Part shown: positions 27,301 to 42,300 of the stretch, piece after piece
Layout of the letters: the number at the start of each line of letters is the position of its first letter
Numbering within the stretch: position 1 is the first letter of the stretch
NCBI RefSeq assembly: GCF_021869535.1
Contig: NW_026262668.1
Span: 133,610,001 to 133,674,000 of the forward strand
Reading direction: 5' to 3'
DNA length: 64,000 nt
Origin: Mytilus californianus
Lineage: Eukaryota
Translations under genes and position numbers: made by a program
The notes under the pieces: generated by a model
The model's input: only the letters and a program-made list of their open reading frames with translations
Told to the model about the DNA's origin: nothing
Database searches by the model: none

Positions 27301-30300
27301 AGAAATTATTGTGTGCATTTATCATTGCGATTTTTGAAGAATGGACATAAATGTGAGATTAATTATTGTGATTTCAGATAAATCTGCATACAGATATATG
27401 AATCAGATATCAGAATGTGAGTTCTTATTATTGCGATACTCAGCCGGTCGCTTATTCGCATTAATAAAAACCTCGCAATAATTTCTGAATTTAAAGTATG
27501 TTTAGTATTATTTGTGATTGTCTTGCCTACAACAAAAGTCTCAGAATGCGATTCATAAGGATGTTACAGCAACTGCTGTGACAGTGTTAGCTTTTGGCAT
27601 AAAGCATAAAGCTTTATATTGCGGAAGGAAAATGACCTGTATGCTTCACACCTTGTGTACAGAAGCATTTTGTTAGAAGGTTTACATCTGTCAAATGTCC
27701 ATTGTCCTTGACTTCATTCTTATGGTTCAGCGAATGCATGCTAAAAATTGTATACTTATCTGACCATTTGAATTTCTCTCTTATTATGAGTACATGTAGC
27801 ATTATTTGGTAAAGGGGATCCTTGCAAGGTGACAGGGTTCAATTGACCTTGACCTTATTTCATGGATCAGTGATCAAGCTTAAAGTTATTTAGTCAAGTC
27901 CATATCTTAGATACAATATGCAACAGGTTAACTTTATTAAATGTGTGGAATGAATTTTGTGTTTACATGTCCATCTAGCAAGCTTCATTTTACCCTGACC
28001 TACTTTGCATGGATCATTGATAATAAATGTATTAATTTTTTTTTGCAATATTGGTTAAACCTTTATGTTAAAGATTACCAACATAAATTCAATCATAATT
28101 AATAAAGCATGCAAGACATTTCAGCGTGTGCACATTTGTATTACTGTATTTTGTACAGTCTTATTTTTTAGATTTAGAGTTCAACCTTTATACATGCAAA
28201 TTTTGTTTAAAAGATCTTTTTTGAAATTACACAGCTGATTGGAATTAAACTTGAACATAATCCCCCTGAGGGTTTCTATTTTAGATAATCTTTAATTTCA
28301 ATTTTTATGAATTTTTTTGTGTTTTTGGCTGTTTTCATGAAGGAAATATCAGATAAATGAAAATTTAATTGGAAAAGTAGATCAGCAATGCAAGATCTGT
28401 AAACCATTTTTTTGGTGACTATTGTCATGGGGGATTAGGTAAAGGTCTCCATCTTTCCTTTCGACCATCTGTCCATCCAAAAACACATCAATACTCACAG
28501 ACCATTTGTATACAGCTTTCATACTTGAAATGATTATTTGTCGTCATATTCTCTTGACCATACTAGATCGTCAGTTTGATTTGACAATTTTTAGAGGAGT
28601 TATTGGACTTTGACCATTGTTTTTTAATATTCTAACAATGACACCTTGTGAACACAACTCCTTTGAGACCATTTGACAGAAAGCTCCCTTACTTGGTAGG
28701 ATTGTTTGTCATCATATGTAGTTGACCAAATTATACTGTAATTTTGATTTAACCATTTTCATGGGAGTCATCCATTTACTTTGAAACTTTTGTATAATTT
28801 ACATATACTACAGGTTATGATAACTATGTGTCAACAGTTTATTTTATATCAAAATATCTTAAAGACCAGTTTGTGTATTTGCAGTCATTTTTGAAGATGC
28901 TTGAAGGTTTCCAGCTGTAACAACACATAAGGATTCTTTCTGTCATCTTGTCTTGTGTTTTCTACATTAAACCTAATTAATGTACAATTTCTTTAAAAAA
29001 AAACATGTGGACAGAATTCCTATAAGATTGCACAGATTTTCTACAGGACATGAAAGTGCACCTGGTTTTTTAAATTTTTAAATCTACTATAATATTTTTA
29101 AGGATGTAAACCATTGACTACCAGTCTTCCCTCACTACCTGGGAACACAGCATGTTATATAACAGACACCTGTAATACAGTACAATGTTGTACGAATGTT
29201 GACAAGATAGGTCAGTCATATGAAGCAGAAATCAGTATTGATCAGTGCCTGTTGAAGCTTAATGTTAGGATAGAAAAACTGGAGTTAAACAAAGACCTGT
29301 TACACTTCCAGTGGGGGGTACCAGTAGAGATGTGGCTGTTTGGATTAGTTAGAGTCAGGTAAGATAATTAGTCAGATATTATTATTACTCTTTATTCCAA
29401 AACAAAAGTGAGGGGTACCAGTAGAGGTTTGGATGAGTTAGAGTCAGGTAAGAGAATTAGTCAGATATCATTATTACTCTGTATGCCAAAACAAAAGTGA
29501 GGGGTACCAGTAGAGATTTGGATGAGTTAGAGTGAGGTAAGAAAAGTATTCTCTATGCCAAGACTCCCAGTGCTTAGAACAGTATAGCGATGTGGCTGTT
29601 GATGAGATTCATTCAGGTAAAAAAAAATTATGTTATGCCAAGAATTTCCTTGTAGGGTACACCAGTAGACATGTGGTTATTTGGCCTAGTTGAGAGTCAG
29701 GGATGATGTTTTTCTCACTTCAACAAAGTGGAGAAAGCGCGACTTATGAGGGCTGTTACAGGCAGCAGCTGTGCCACAATGTAGTATTTTGTGTTTCGGT
29801 CAGTTTGGGTTGATCAAATAATGGTAGGTCAATGACAATTTACATGCAGTTGTATTAACATTACATCTCATATTGATTGAGATTATTTGGCCCCACCCCT
29901 TTAATCTTGGTCTATTGACTTTAAAACTTTTGCATAGTTTACATATTAAAGCTTATGTTCAGATCGGTTTAAAGGGAACCACTTATGATATAAACATCAA
30001 TGGTATTTGGTATGCAGTTATATTAGTTAGAAGTGGCATGCATTTCTTATTTCCATGGAGATTATTTGGTGCTGCTCTTTCAGTCATGGTTCATTGACTT
30101 TGAATGTTTGCATAGTTTGCATGTTTAAGTTTTGGCATTTTGAATTCAACATTTGCATTATACTATCAAAATGATGTCATGATGAAACATTGTTTGTGTC
30201 ATCATTTAACTGATTTAAGTTAGTTTCCTGCTTGAAATTTTATCACCAAAGTTGTTAGAATTGGTAAGAGCTGTTAGAAATGATCCTTTTGAAAGGAGTG

Positions 30301-33300
30301 GATGTGTTTTCATGTAATTTGTAATAAATTTTAATGATTTTTAGTTAATCTGTATACATTGTAATTATATATAAGATTGAAATGTATGATTTATAGAAAG
30401 AGGGCTACATGTGCTAGATATTACCCTGAGTGTTTAGATTGTATCTATTTCAGATTGACACTGTATGATCTAGAGACAGAGGGTCACATCATGATAGATA
30501 TTACCCTGAGTGCTTAGATTGTATCTATTTCAGATTGACACTGTATGATCTAGAGACAGAGGGTCACATCATGATAGATATTACCCTGAGTGCTTAGATT
30601 GTATCTATTTCAGATTGACACTGTATGATCTGGAGACAGAGGGTAACATCATGATAGATATGACCCTGAGTGTTTGTTTAGATGCTGATGTTTCTGTACC
30701 ATGTTATCATTCTGTACATATCTTCAAAGATCATAAACTGCCAAAATCTGCATGTGAATGGAAAAGTGATTTCCCAGTTCCAGGTAATTCATACAAATAA
30801 GAACAGCTTAAATCTGAGGAATATTACATTAATTAGTATTATTTTACCAGCACACTATTTTTAACAGGTAGTATGGTAGAGAATAAAGTTTTAAGATCGT
30901 ATGAATTTCAGGAGGTTTGTTGTTTACATCATTGGGATGTAAACCCAACAATACAACAAAACAAGACAAGAAAAACATCTAGATGTCACACTCCACTCCC
31001 TTATATTTTGTATGTGTAGCCTTTCAAACTACCGTGGGGTTTTATCCAATACAATTTGCGAACACAGTTTTGTTTGGCATATGAACTGCCTTTCAACATG
31101 TACAAGTATACTGAATTGACCTGAACATTATTGCGAACCCAATGAAAGTTTTCCACAGTGCCATCTCTATCTTGACCAGGTATTTAAACTTTTGCAAGTT
31201 CACCTGTCCTATTGAATAAATACAATAGCTATTGTTCTCTGTGTAGTTTATTCTCTGGGACCTTTAAATTTCTTCTAAGAGAAATCTATCATTCATTGAT
31301 TAAATTACCTGAGTAAAAAAAAATTCTTATATATATACAAAAATACTTTTTTTATACTCATTATTTGTGTGTGATGATGTATTTATTCAATATTAATAGT
31401 ATATTTTCATTCAGTTTAATATAAACATTGATGCAATCATAAAAAGTGGATTTCTAACAAAAGTTTTATCAATGTTCCTATTGGAAATTTGATTTTTTTT
31501 TGTTTAGTTATAGAATACAGTTAAGATCTTAATTTGAAACATCATTGTTTTCAAGTTCTTATTCATGTCAAACTATTTTTTTTTAAAAGGAACAATGTTG
31601 AAAGTTTTGTCAGAAATCAACATTTTATGATTGAATCAATGTTTATATTAAACTGAATGAAAATATATTATTAATATTGAATAGCTACATTATCACACGC
31701 AGTTAATGAGTATAAAAAAAAGTATTTTTGTCTGTATATAAGATCATTTTTTTACTCAGGTAATTTAATCAATGAATGATAGATTTCTCTTAGAAGAAAT
31801 TTAAAGGTCCCAGAGAATAAACTACACAGAGAACAATAGCTCTTGTATTTATTCAATAGGACAGGTGAACTTGCAAAAGTTTAAATACCTGGTCAAGATA
31901 GAGATGGCACTGTGGAAAACTTTCATTGGGTTCGCAATAAAAGTAATAGACAACAAAGTTTTTTGTCTCTACTAATGTCTAGATACATTATTATGCTAAA
32001 ATATGAGGGGGCAGAATACTCAGCTCGTTAACTGAACATGCATTTGTTTGCACCTGTCCTAAGTCAGGAATCTGATGTTCAGTAGTTGTCGTTTGTTGAT
32101 GTGGTTCATAAGTGTTTCTCATTTCTCGTTTTTTATATAGATTAGACCGTTGGTTTTCCGTTTGAATGGTTTTACACTAGTAATTTGGGGCCCTTTATAG
32201 CTTACTGTTCGGTGTGAGCCAAGGCTCCGTGTTGAAGACCGTACTGTGACCTATAATGGTTTACTTTTATAAATTTTGACTTGGATGGAGAGTTGTCTCA
32301 TTGGCACTCATACCACATCTTCTTATATCTATGGCCATTTTAAGGAAGCCACATGAGTGGCCATGCCTTAAACCATCGTTCGCCTTGAAAATTAAATGGT
32401 GCAGAAAAATAAGATCTTTCATAAATTCTCAGTAAACTACTTAATTTTAATACAGAAGAGAAATGAATGTGGACAATATTTGTATTTACCTGTAAACATG
32501 CAAACTGATTTTTGGTGGAAGAAGACTTCAAGTCTTCTGAAAGCCTTTACTGCCGGCTGTAAAATCATTGAACCGTCACCAGGACGTATGCCGTATCCCT
32601 TTCTGTGCTTTACAATTTCATAGCAACTTCCGTGCCATATCTTGACACCGATGTTTACACATTGAATCATTTAATTTATTAGTTAGGCTTGAAAAACAAT
32701 CACTATCGTTAGTGTTATAATTTCTCATGTTTTAATATATTAATATCAACCCTATTATTTATGTAAATTATTAGATTTCATCTCATCTTACATGAACATT
32801 ATTTGTTTACTTGTTACCAGATGTCTTTAAAGTAGAGTTTGTAGTACGCATGCGTGAATTTGGTATCGGGTCGGTTCGCCCTGATTACATGTTCGCCCTT
32901 GGTCCGTTCGCCCTGAGTTCGTCCCCATAGAGTACGTTCACCCTGAGTTACTTCTCCTTACTTTTATCATGGAAGTATTATATTGACTGCTTTTATCAAG
33001 GACGTTTTATACGTCATTGCAATTATTAAAAAATAATAATATTATGGGTATTAAAGTTTAATAAACTTATTCAGATATTTATATGGTATAAATTCTCGAA
33101 ATTCATGAACACACATGAAAAAAAATTAATTAAAAGTTGATGGCTTGTTTTGGAGCATTAATAGGTCATGATAATAATTTTCACTGATTGTTGTAATAAT
33201 TGTCTTTGGTAGATTAATAATTGGAATTATCGGAATAAAACAACTGGATTATTCGGGTTAATTTAAATCACGTTGGTTACGTATCTGCGCATGTGCACAA

Positions 33301-36300
33301 ATGAGAAATTTAATTGTGCATCTGAAAGTTTCAAAATAATGATAAACAGAATTGTCATATCATACAATCCATCTCGAGTTAAAGCCAAGTATATACGTGG
33401 AGAGTACGACTTCAAATCAATGATGCTTGAAAAAATACACGGATTTAATTGTTCCGTCTGCGTTCAGATCTTTTATGCAATCAATTAAGTCATATTCCAG
33501 TTTTAGACAACATGTGTTTTTTTAAAACGAAAGTTAGAATATCTAAGTATGTTATTGCGATAATAAAGAGTCAAGCGCACACGTGAATCTGCTTGTGTTT
33601 TACACATCAAACGATGCACCGTCTGTTGACAGAAATATCAATGTACAAACTAATGTCTGTTGACGGATTCCATTTCGAAAGTACGTAGTTTTCATGTCAT
33701 TCATTGTTGGAATGTCTCCAATGATTGCCTTTATTGCCTTAATACGTTTCAAAGTTTTAGAAGTGATAAAAACGGGATTTAACAACTGAATAGTCCAGCT
33801 CTTTACCGTTATTCGTCATTAAGGTACACACAAAAATGACACACTATTGAGGCTCGAGTACGGAACCAGTAATTCGTTGCTGTCAATAGTTTTATTTTTA
33901 TGAAAAATTTCAGAAAAGGGCTGTGTGACTCCTGACGGAAAATGCCATTCCTATCCTCATACTTTTGTGTAAAAATATTAGATGAAAAACAAATATGATA
34001 TATGGGTCAAACACGTTAAATGAACGGGTTTGAAATGCTAAAAGAGTCAAGCGCACACGTGATTCTGTCAACTGACGGTGCATCGTTTGATGTGTAAAAC
34101 ACCAGCAGATTCACGTGTGCGCTTGACTCTACATTATCGCAATAACATAGCAAGGTCATCACCTGACATGACCGGTCAATCCTCGGCCTGACACATATCT
34201 GCATTGGATATATGTAGAATTTTTCAATATTTGTTTATAATGAAAAACCCTTATTTAAGCAAACTTGACTAAAATCTTGGTGGTCAGTTTTTTTTAAAGA
34301 TAACTATCTGCCTTTGACAGAAAACTTTCAAGTGAAACCAAATCAATTACTGTTATAATTGCTTGGCGAAATTGCTTTCAAGTTGACCATGCTGAGACGA
34401 ATGTATGGAATTTAGTTATAGAAAATTTAATTTGAATCAACAGTATTTGCAGATTTTTATGTTAAGTATAGTGAGTTTTGGTTGAGTTATGAGTATTTTT
34501 ATTTTTGGAAGAAAAATATACGTAGAAAGCAATAATGGGACAAAGCAGGCTGGGTTGGTGTGGGCTGATTTTATGGTAATTCAAGTTACTTTTTATGCAT
34601 CTTCTTCCACCTCAGAGCAATCAGCTCTTTGATAATGTTGTATATTTAATATGTTGCATATCCTGTATGGCTCCTGTACATCTCAAATGATATTTTTTAC
34701 CTTACAGGATTTGACCTTGAATCATGGCTTTCTAGCAACAGTTTAGCAGTGAACATGGACCTATTACCACAGTGGTCTGTTGAATATTTATTGCAGGAGT
34801 GGGGAATTAGAAAATTTGTCACAGACCAAACTTGTTCAGAAATTTTCACAGATTTTGATATTGACAACACAGCAGGTAAAACTGTAATTTTATGATATCC
34901 TGATTGTTTCAAGTTTTTTTCTTTTATACATCAATTAAAATTTGTTTATGAAATCTTGAAACTTTCATGACACTCACATTAGAATAGGACATTGCATTGT
35001 GGTTAGGTAACGCAGAGCTATACTTTCAAGTAGAGTGATATAATGTTTTTGACCTATCTGTCAGCCAAACAGTTAATTCTGCTTTTCCTATGATAACTGC
35101 AGAACCATACTTTGGATTGGAATCCGATTAGGATATATGGTCATTCTTATATCTTTATATAATCAGAGGAAGATCCCTATTAAATGTTAGTGAAGTTCAT
35201 AGTTATCAAAGATTGTCATGTGCAATAGAAGGATTTTCAGGTGATGACTAAAACTTGACTTTGGATTAGATGGATTGATGAATTGTTTGATCGCTGTTTA
35301 ACGTCCAGTGGCAAATAAAATGCATATTTAGAACGAGAACATAATAGTGTGATATAAATATAAGCCCTGCTTTGTACTAGAATGACACACCGAGCTAGAT
35401 ATTTAACATGCTAGTTCACAAGGTAACAGTCTACAGGAAGATATGTCACCCTACCCCGACGCATTATTTTGACTCCAAGCTGACCAGTCTTTGCTCCTTC
35501 TCCTTAATACCTCATGCTTTGCAGAGAAGCAGCAAATATGGACTTTAAAGTCTTTGGTTTGGCACAGCCGGGGTTTAGACCCACAACCTCCTGCACTCGA
35601 GACCACTGAGGTGGTGACTTTGGATTGGAATCCGACTTGTTATGATCTTACGATTTCAAAGGCTTTATTTAGTGATTTTGTCATTATTTGATTTTTTTAT
35701 GAACAATGCATTCATTATCTTTGATTAAATTATCTACCTAGATAAGAGATAAAGACCAGTTATAATACTGTTTATTATTTTTGAAATACACCTTGAAATT
35801 GAGAAAAGTTGCTATATTTTATTGCCAGAAATCGTTCCTACTGTTGTCCTCTACACCTTAGTTCATTTTCATTACCAAAACATTTCCTTGAGATAATGTT
35901 TTTTGTAGGTTGTAGTTTGGTTTTGCCAGTTTTACCAAGCTGGATGATTTGTTCTGTGACTTCGACATGTGATGGTGTGATATGTTGTATTACTTTGCCA
36001 AAGATAAATAAAACTATACCAGTAGCATTACAGATAGAGGATTGTAGAAATACAATGCATTTACAAATTGGAAAGCTTCAAACAAAAAGGAAACTAACGG
36101 ATCTGGATTATGGTAGTATTTTTTAGATAATATAAATTACTTTCTGTATGTGAAAAAGATCAGTGATATATAGGTTTTTAGCACTGTTCATGGTTCACTA
36201 AACATGGACATAGGACAGTGTGAGCAGTCATGGTGCCCTATAGAAACAAATTCTTATTTTATAATCCTTTCATTTCTTTTTATGTTTAGTCCCCTATTGT

Positions 36301-39300
36301 TAAAGGCGAGAGAGACCATAGTTTTCCATTTGCTCTTTTCATTGGTCTGAAAAATTTTCTGCACTTTTTTCTTTAATGCCTGAATAAATTGATTAGATAT
36401 TTGGTATATAGTCCTATCTACAAGAAATTACTGATAAATTTCGAATTTTGTCTGTAGAGGATTTTTTTCAGAAAGTTTTTGACCATCAACATAGAAAATT
36501 GCCAGAAAGAGAAAAAGCTTGGTTCCTTAGTGGTTGAGTTTACATGAAAATATCTGCATCTCTGGATATATATTCTTACCTGATTAAGGATAAGATGGAA
36601 ATTCATTGCTCACACTATCAGTAACGATTTTTTTCTCAATAGGAATTAAAAATTCATTAGACCTTATCCATTATTCCTGCGGGTATTGTATCTGCATTAT
36701 CCTTAGAATGTTTGTTTAGTTAAAATGTTTCCATACTGGTAAAAAGACAAGTAATATGGAGGAGAATTAATGCACGTGTTAGATGTTTCCATAGAAATAT
36801 CTGCATCATAGATTGTCAATAATACTGTGCACAGATCAAGCATGTATTGTTAAACAGCTCCTTCTGCAGAGTTTGTAGCTCGTCAGTAATACTGCGCACA
36901 GATTATACATGTAATGTTAAACACCTCCTTCTGCAGAGTTTGTAGCACATGATATATTTTACTTATTATAGAACTGTGTTCTTTTTCAGGAAACAATGAA
37001 ACTTTCTCACTTTCTGGGATAGTAAATATGATGTAAGTACTTCAGTTAAAATTGGTGTTTGACATAGTTATGACTCATATGTTTTTCTGCAGTAGCAGAT
37101 GTTTCATTTCTTTATACTAAGTTTACAGTTTGATTTCATTCAACCTTTTGTGTATAAAAGCAAACTCAACCCATATTCCACAAAAATTTCAAAATTATTT
37201 CAATAAAAAAGAATAGAAAATCTGCAAAAATGAGAAGTTAGTCTCAGGTACTTTATACTAGATATCCAGAGGTACCAGGTACTCTTTACAGATAATTTTA
37301 TGTTATAGAAATACAAAACAGTTTATTACATGAGAGTTCACACAATGATTTGTATACATATTATTTTAAAGGATTTATTGGGACATTACATTTAATCTTA
37401 AAAAAATACAATAGGTCACAAAAACATCTTAGAAGAATTTTGAAGATGTTAAAACGGTCTGTCACTGATTAATAAATTTGAAAATGAAACACATATGTTA
37501 TCACAGTTATTTAAGGTTATGATATCCCCTAATCGTACACCATATGCAACTTGCATACTGGTATTGTGCCCTAAAATGTCAAAAAGGTTTTTTGTCTCGC
37601 CTGCGACGAAAGTCGTGAAAAACGAGACATAGGGATTGCTTTTCCGGCGAAGGCGATGATGAATGAAGATGCATTACTATCAGTACATATCAGTTTGACA
37701 ACAATTTTGAGTCCCTGCCCCCTAGGCCATGGTCCAGTGACTTTGATTTAATTAGCCATTCAATGTTAAGTTTTCTGCTTAAGTTAGTTTGATAGGAACT
37801 ACTTGCGATAGATCAATGATATTTTCTATTAAGTTGCATTACTATCAGTACATATCAGTTTGACGACTATTTTGAGGCCCTGCCCCCTAGGTCATGGTCC
37901 AGTGACTTTCAATCAATTAGCAATTTCAATGTTAAGTTTTATGATTAAGTTAGTTTGATAGGAACTACTTACAATGGACAATATTTTCTATAAAGTTACA
38001 TTGCTGTTTGTACATCTCAGTTTGTCAACCATTTTGAGGCCCTACCCACTAGATGGTGCAGTGACGTGAATTAATTACAATGTTGCTGTCCATCAGATTG
38101 TCTTTTTCTGAATTTTATGCCGACAGGCGAGACATATCTCTGTGTCAACAGTTTATTTCGAATAATATTTTAATATTTATATGAAAGTTACATTTTTATG
38201 CTTTGATTTATAGGTATACTGTACAAAAATTAAAAGATGATCACCAATATATAGCAGATTTGAGTCTGTCTGTCTGTTATACTGATAAAATCCCATGTGA
38301 TTATGAAGTCTCATTGCTGACCAGTAACATTATCAGCTTTGGATCATGTGAAATATCTGCAGGTTTCTTAAATCCTGGTAAGTAAACTTTTTGCTTCAGC
38401 ATGGTGTAACTATTTTGAGAACTGGTCATCTTATGTTTTATCTTATATAATACATTTTATTTATTGAGTGACCTGATTATTTTAGATCTAGACTTATGTT
38501 GTCTCTTTGACACATTCCCCATTTCCATTCTCAATTTTATTATGCACCATTATAATGTTTGTAATGCAAGAAATCAGAAAAAGATAATGTGGATTGAAAG
38601 ATCTACTATTAAGATTGTTTGTGTCCTTGGTCCATAAAATTAAATTTGCTTGTTTTGTGAACCATTAATTCTTATAAGCTATTATATAATCAAATTATTA
38701 AAAAAAACTAAGGTTCAAACTGATTTGACACAATTAAAAATCCTTTTAAAGATAGTAATAATATGGCTGCACTGTGTTTTCAGATTTCTCACTGACTAAC
38801 TGGTTTAGTGACAGAGGTTTGACAGTTAACTGTAAAAACTGATGGCATTGTGATTTGAGATTTCTTAATGAGTAACTAGTTCAATGACAGAGGTTTGACT
38901 GTAAACTGGGTTATAACTGATGGCATTGTATTTTTTAGATTTCTTTATGACTAACTGGTTGTATGACAGAGTTTTGACTGTCAACTGGGTTATAACTGAT
39001 GGCATTGTATTTTTAGATTTCTTAATGACTTAATTGGTTCAATGACAGAGGTTTGACTGTAAACTCGGTTATAACTGATGGCATTGTATTTTTAGATTTC
39101 TTTATGACCTAACTGGTTCTATGACAGAGGTCTGACTGTAAACATGGTTGTAAAAAATGAAAACAACACGTTAAATAATTTTATGTGTCTGAAGAGCTTT
39201 TCTGGGTTTATCTTCATCAGGAACGCTCAAAGCCGAATATTTGAAAGCAGAGGATGTATAAGAACCGAAACAGTTGTAACTGATGGCATTGTATTTTCAG

Positions 39301-42300
39301 TTTCTCACTGACTAAATGGTTGAGTGATAGAGGTTTGACTGTAAACTCGGTTGTAACTGATAGCATTGTATTTTTAGATTTCTCACTGACGAAATGGTTG
39401 AGTGATAGAGGTTTGACTGTAAACTCGGTTGTAACTGATAGCAATGTATTTTTAGATTTCTCACTGACTAAATGGTTGAGTGATAGAGGTTTGACTGTAA
39501 ACTCGGTTGTAACTGATGGCATTGTATTTTCAGATTTCTCACTGACTAACTGGTTGAGTGATAAAGGCTTGACTGTAAACTCAGTTATAACAGATGTAAC
39601 ATCAGACAGATTGATTACAGAGCTTGGTTTGTCAGACTATGTTGGATATTCTGATAGTTGTAGTCTTACAGGTTCACCTTACAAAGATGCAATAAATGGT
39701 TGGAATAATGGTAAATAGAAATTAGCAATTGTTCACATATAGGTACAAGAAAATTCCTTACCCTTTTTTTGTAAACTGGAGATTGAATAAACAATGCCAA
39801 TGCTTCAAGTGATAAAAACAAATGTTACTATTTGATTGTTCAGAATCTACTAATTTTAATTTATTGCAAGTTCTAAATGGTAACTATTGAATTATTAATT
39901 ATCACTATTTTTTTAAATATTTTTTCAGAATGTTCTAGTGTGACCACCTTACCAACTTTATCAGGAGATATTGCATGTCATATGTCATCATGTTCACAGT
40001 TCTCCTGCTGTGTGTTTAATGACGTTCTCCATCGATCGTTGAAATCATCCATACATCTGGATACCTGCTCTTACATGCTCAAGGTGTCTATAGAAGATTT
40101 GCATTACGAGTTCCAAATGCTTAACTATCAGTGGGGTAAGAGATATATAGAGTACTGAAGGAATTTTGTACTGCTTCATGACATCCACCATGTGTAAACA
40201 ATGTAAGAAATTAGACAATCAGAAATAAATATTATCTGAATCTTGAAAGCTTTAGCAAATTTAATAGGAATAAAGTATTCCGAAATTAGAGTTGAATTTT
40301 TATGAATTACTTCTGAGTAGTTCTTAATGTGTTATGGTTAATAGTTCATGTTAATTAGATATGAATATACTCTGATTGTTCTTGAACAACACATGTACTG
40401 ACTCAGAAATTTAAATGTTGCTAGCAAACCAGGAAAGATTTACACGTGAAAAGTTTGGTATTTATACATGTAGAAATACATCTCCAGTTAACCTCTTAAC
40501 CAAATGACTTTAATTGCATCACCATCATGAAGATATTTGATTAGATTCAATATGAAACAATTATTTTCTTTACAGGAAAAATACAGAATGTAAGACTTCA
40601 TGGTGTGTTTTCCTTCAGGTAAAATGTTAAAAATGCATTGGAACTTTAAAAAAACTATCATATGACAAAAATGCCTTTGAATCAAAAGTAAATTAGTGGA
40701 TGTACATGACATTGTGACAAGTATTATATGAAATAACGGAAATCAATCATATATCAAACAGCAGTGCTTTTATTGCTGTTCTTCATACTGACAGTTTCTG
40801 GGAAGTTTTATACATCTCATTCTTTTTTCTTTATAATGCAACTCTGTCCCCCCTTTCCGGGTATATTTAAAAGGAGAAGCCTTGACTTGATTTGAACAGA
40901 ATTATTAGGAATTACTGCCTTAGGATGAGCGTAAAGAAATATTATAATGGTCCAACATGTTAAATTTGCTGTGAGGAGGTTTTTACTCACAGTCCTAGTT
41001 TAATTTTTACTTTTTTTGTCAATATAAAAATTAGAAGATGTGGTACGATTGTCAAAAAGACAACTCTCCACCTTCTTAAGGACAAACAATATTAACCTTT
41101 ACCTAAAAAGAACTTTTACAAGAGAATACATATGATATCCACTGACATCATAGATTCTCAAATGTATTATGAGAAGACCCTTTAAGAATAAAAAAAGAAA
41201 CCAGGAGGTACTTGCCTCATTGTGTATGAAGCTTGAAATGTTCAAGTAAAAAATAAAAAGAACAATTATTAAGTGTTCAAAATATTTCATTGAAGATCTA
41301 CGTTCTATTTTGAAAGGAGAATTAAACAAGAGTTCTCCACTTTTATTTCAGTTTTACCATCTACAACATCCCATCTGAAAGTAAATTCTCAGTTGATGCT
41401 GAGATAAAACTATGTTTTGAGGCAAACAACAATACATGTCTTAAAGAATACTCTATATTAAATAATGTTCAGCTGAAGTATGAGGTTTGCAGAATCAATC
41501 AAACTCAACCTGTTGGTGGTAAGTGCTTAATGAAGTTTAATCAAGTCTACTTTCATAATGTTTTTAATAATTGATTTAAATTTAAGCATTTAATTCATTA
41601 AAAAATTAAATGGAAACTTTAGAAATAGGGTAACTTCCACACTCCTTTCGCTTATATGTATATATATACCTTCTGCCTAATGTTCACAACACTCCTATAT
41701 AAGTGTACTGGAAAACTTAACTGAATATATGTGAATCAGAGACATAAGTTGAAATGTGTAAGTTTTTCAACAAAGTGTTGAATAGATTTTTAAATGTTTG
41801 ATATAAATGGGAGATAATCTCAGTCATTCTGTGAAGGAACAATTAAAAAGTATTGAATTGGCTGTAATAATATCTCCCTTCCATATCATTGATTAGATAG
41901 TTACCAGTTGAGGATCAAGGATTTTGCCCACTAGTAAGACAGTGTTAGGAGGGGGACTTGCAATAAGTCTATGCATTAATCATATATGTAGTTCCATAAG
42001 TGGGGGCCTCTTATATCCAAAGATCTAAATATAGTTCCCAATTGCTAATTTAAATGAATGAAGTTGAAAAAGTAGTCATCCCATTGACATTCTGAAAGGT
42101 AAAAACCTTTAGTCTTAGCACATAATGTGTGAAAAAAATCACTGTATTTTTGCTTTCAGGTCTAGCATTTGATTTCTGGAAACAATCTTATTGTACCTCA
42201 TACACAGGAGACTTTCTGAATGGTAGGTACATCCATTATTTAGATACAATTATGTTGGTAAAATTATATATATATGTAAACTTGCAGGTTTTTGGCTTGA

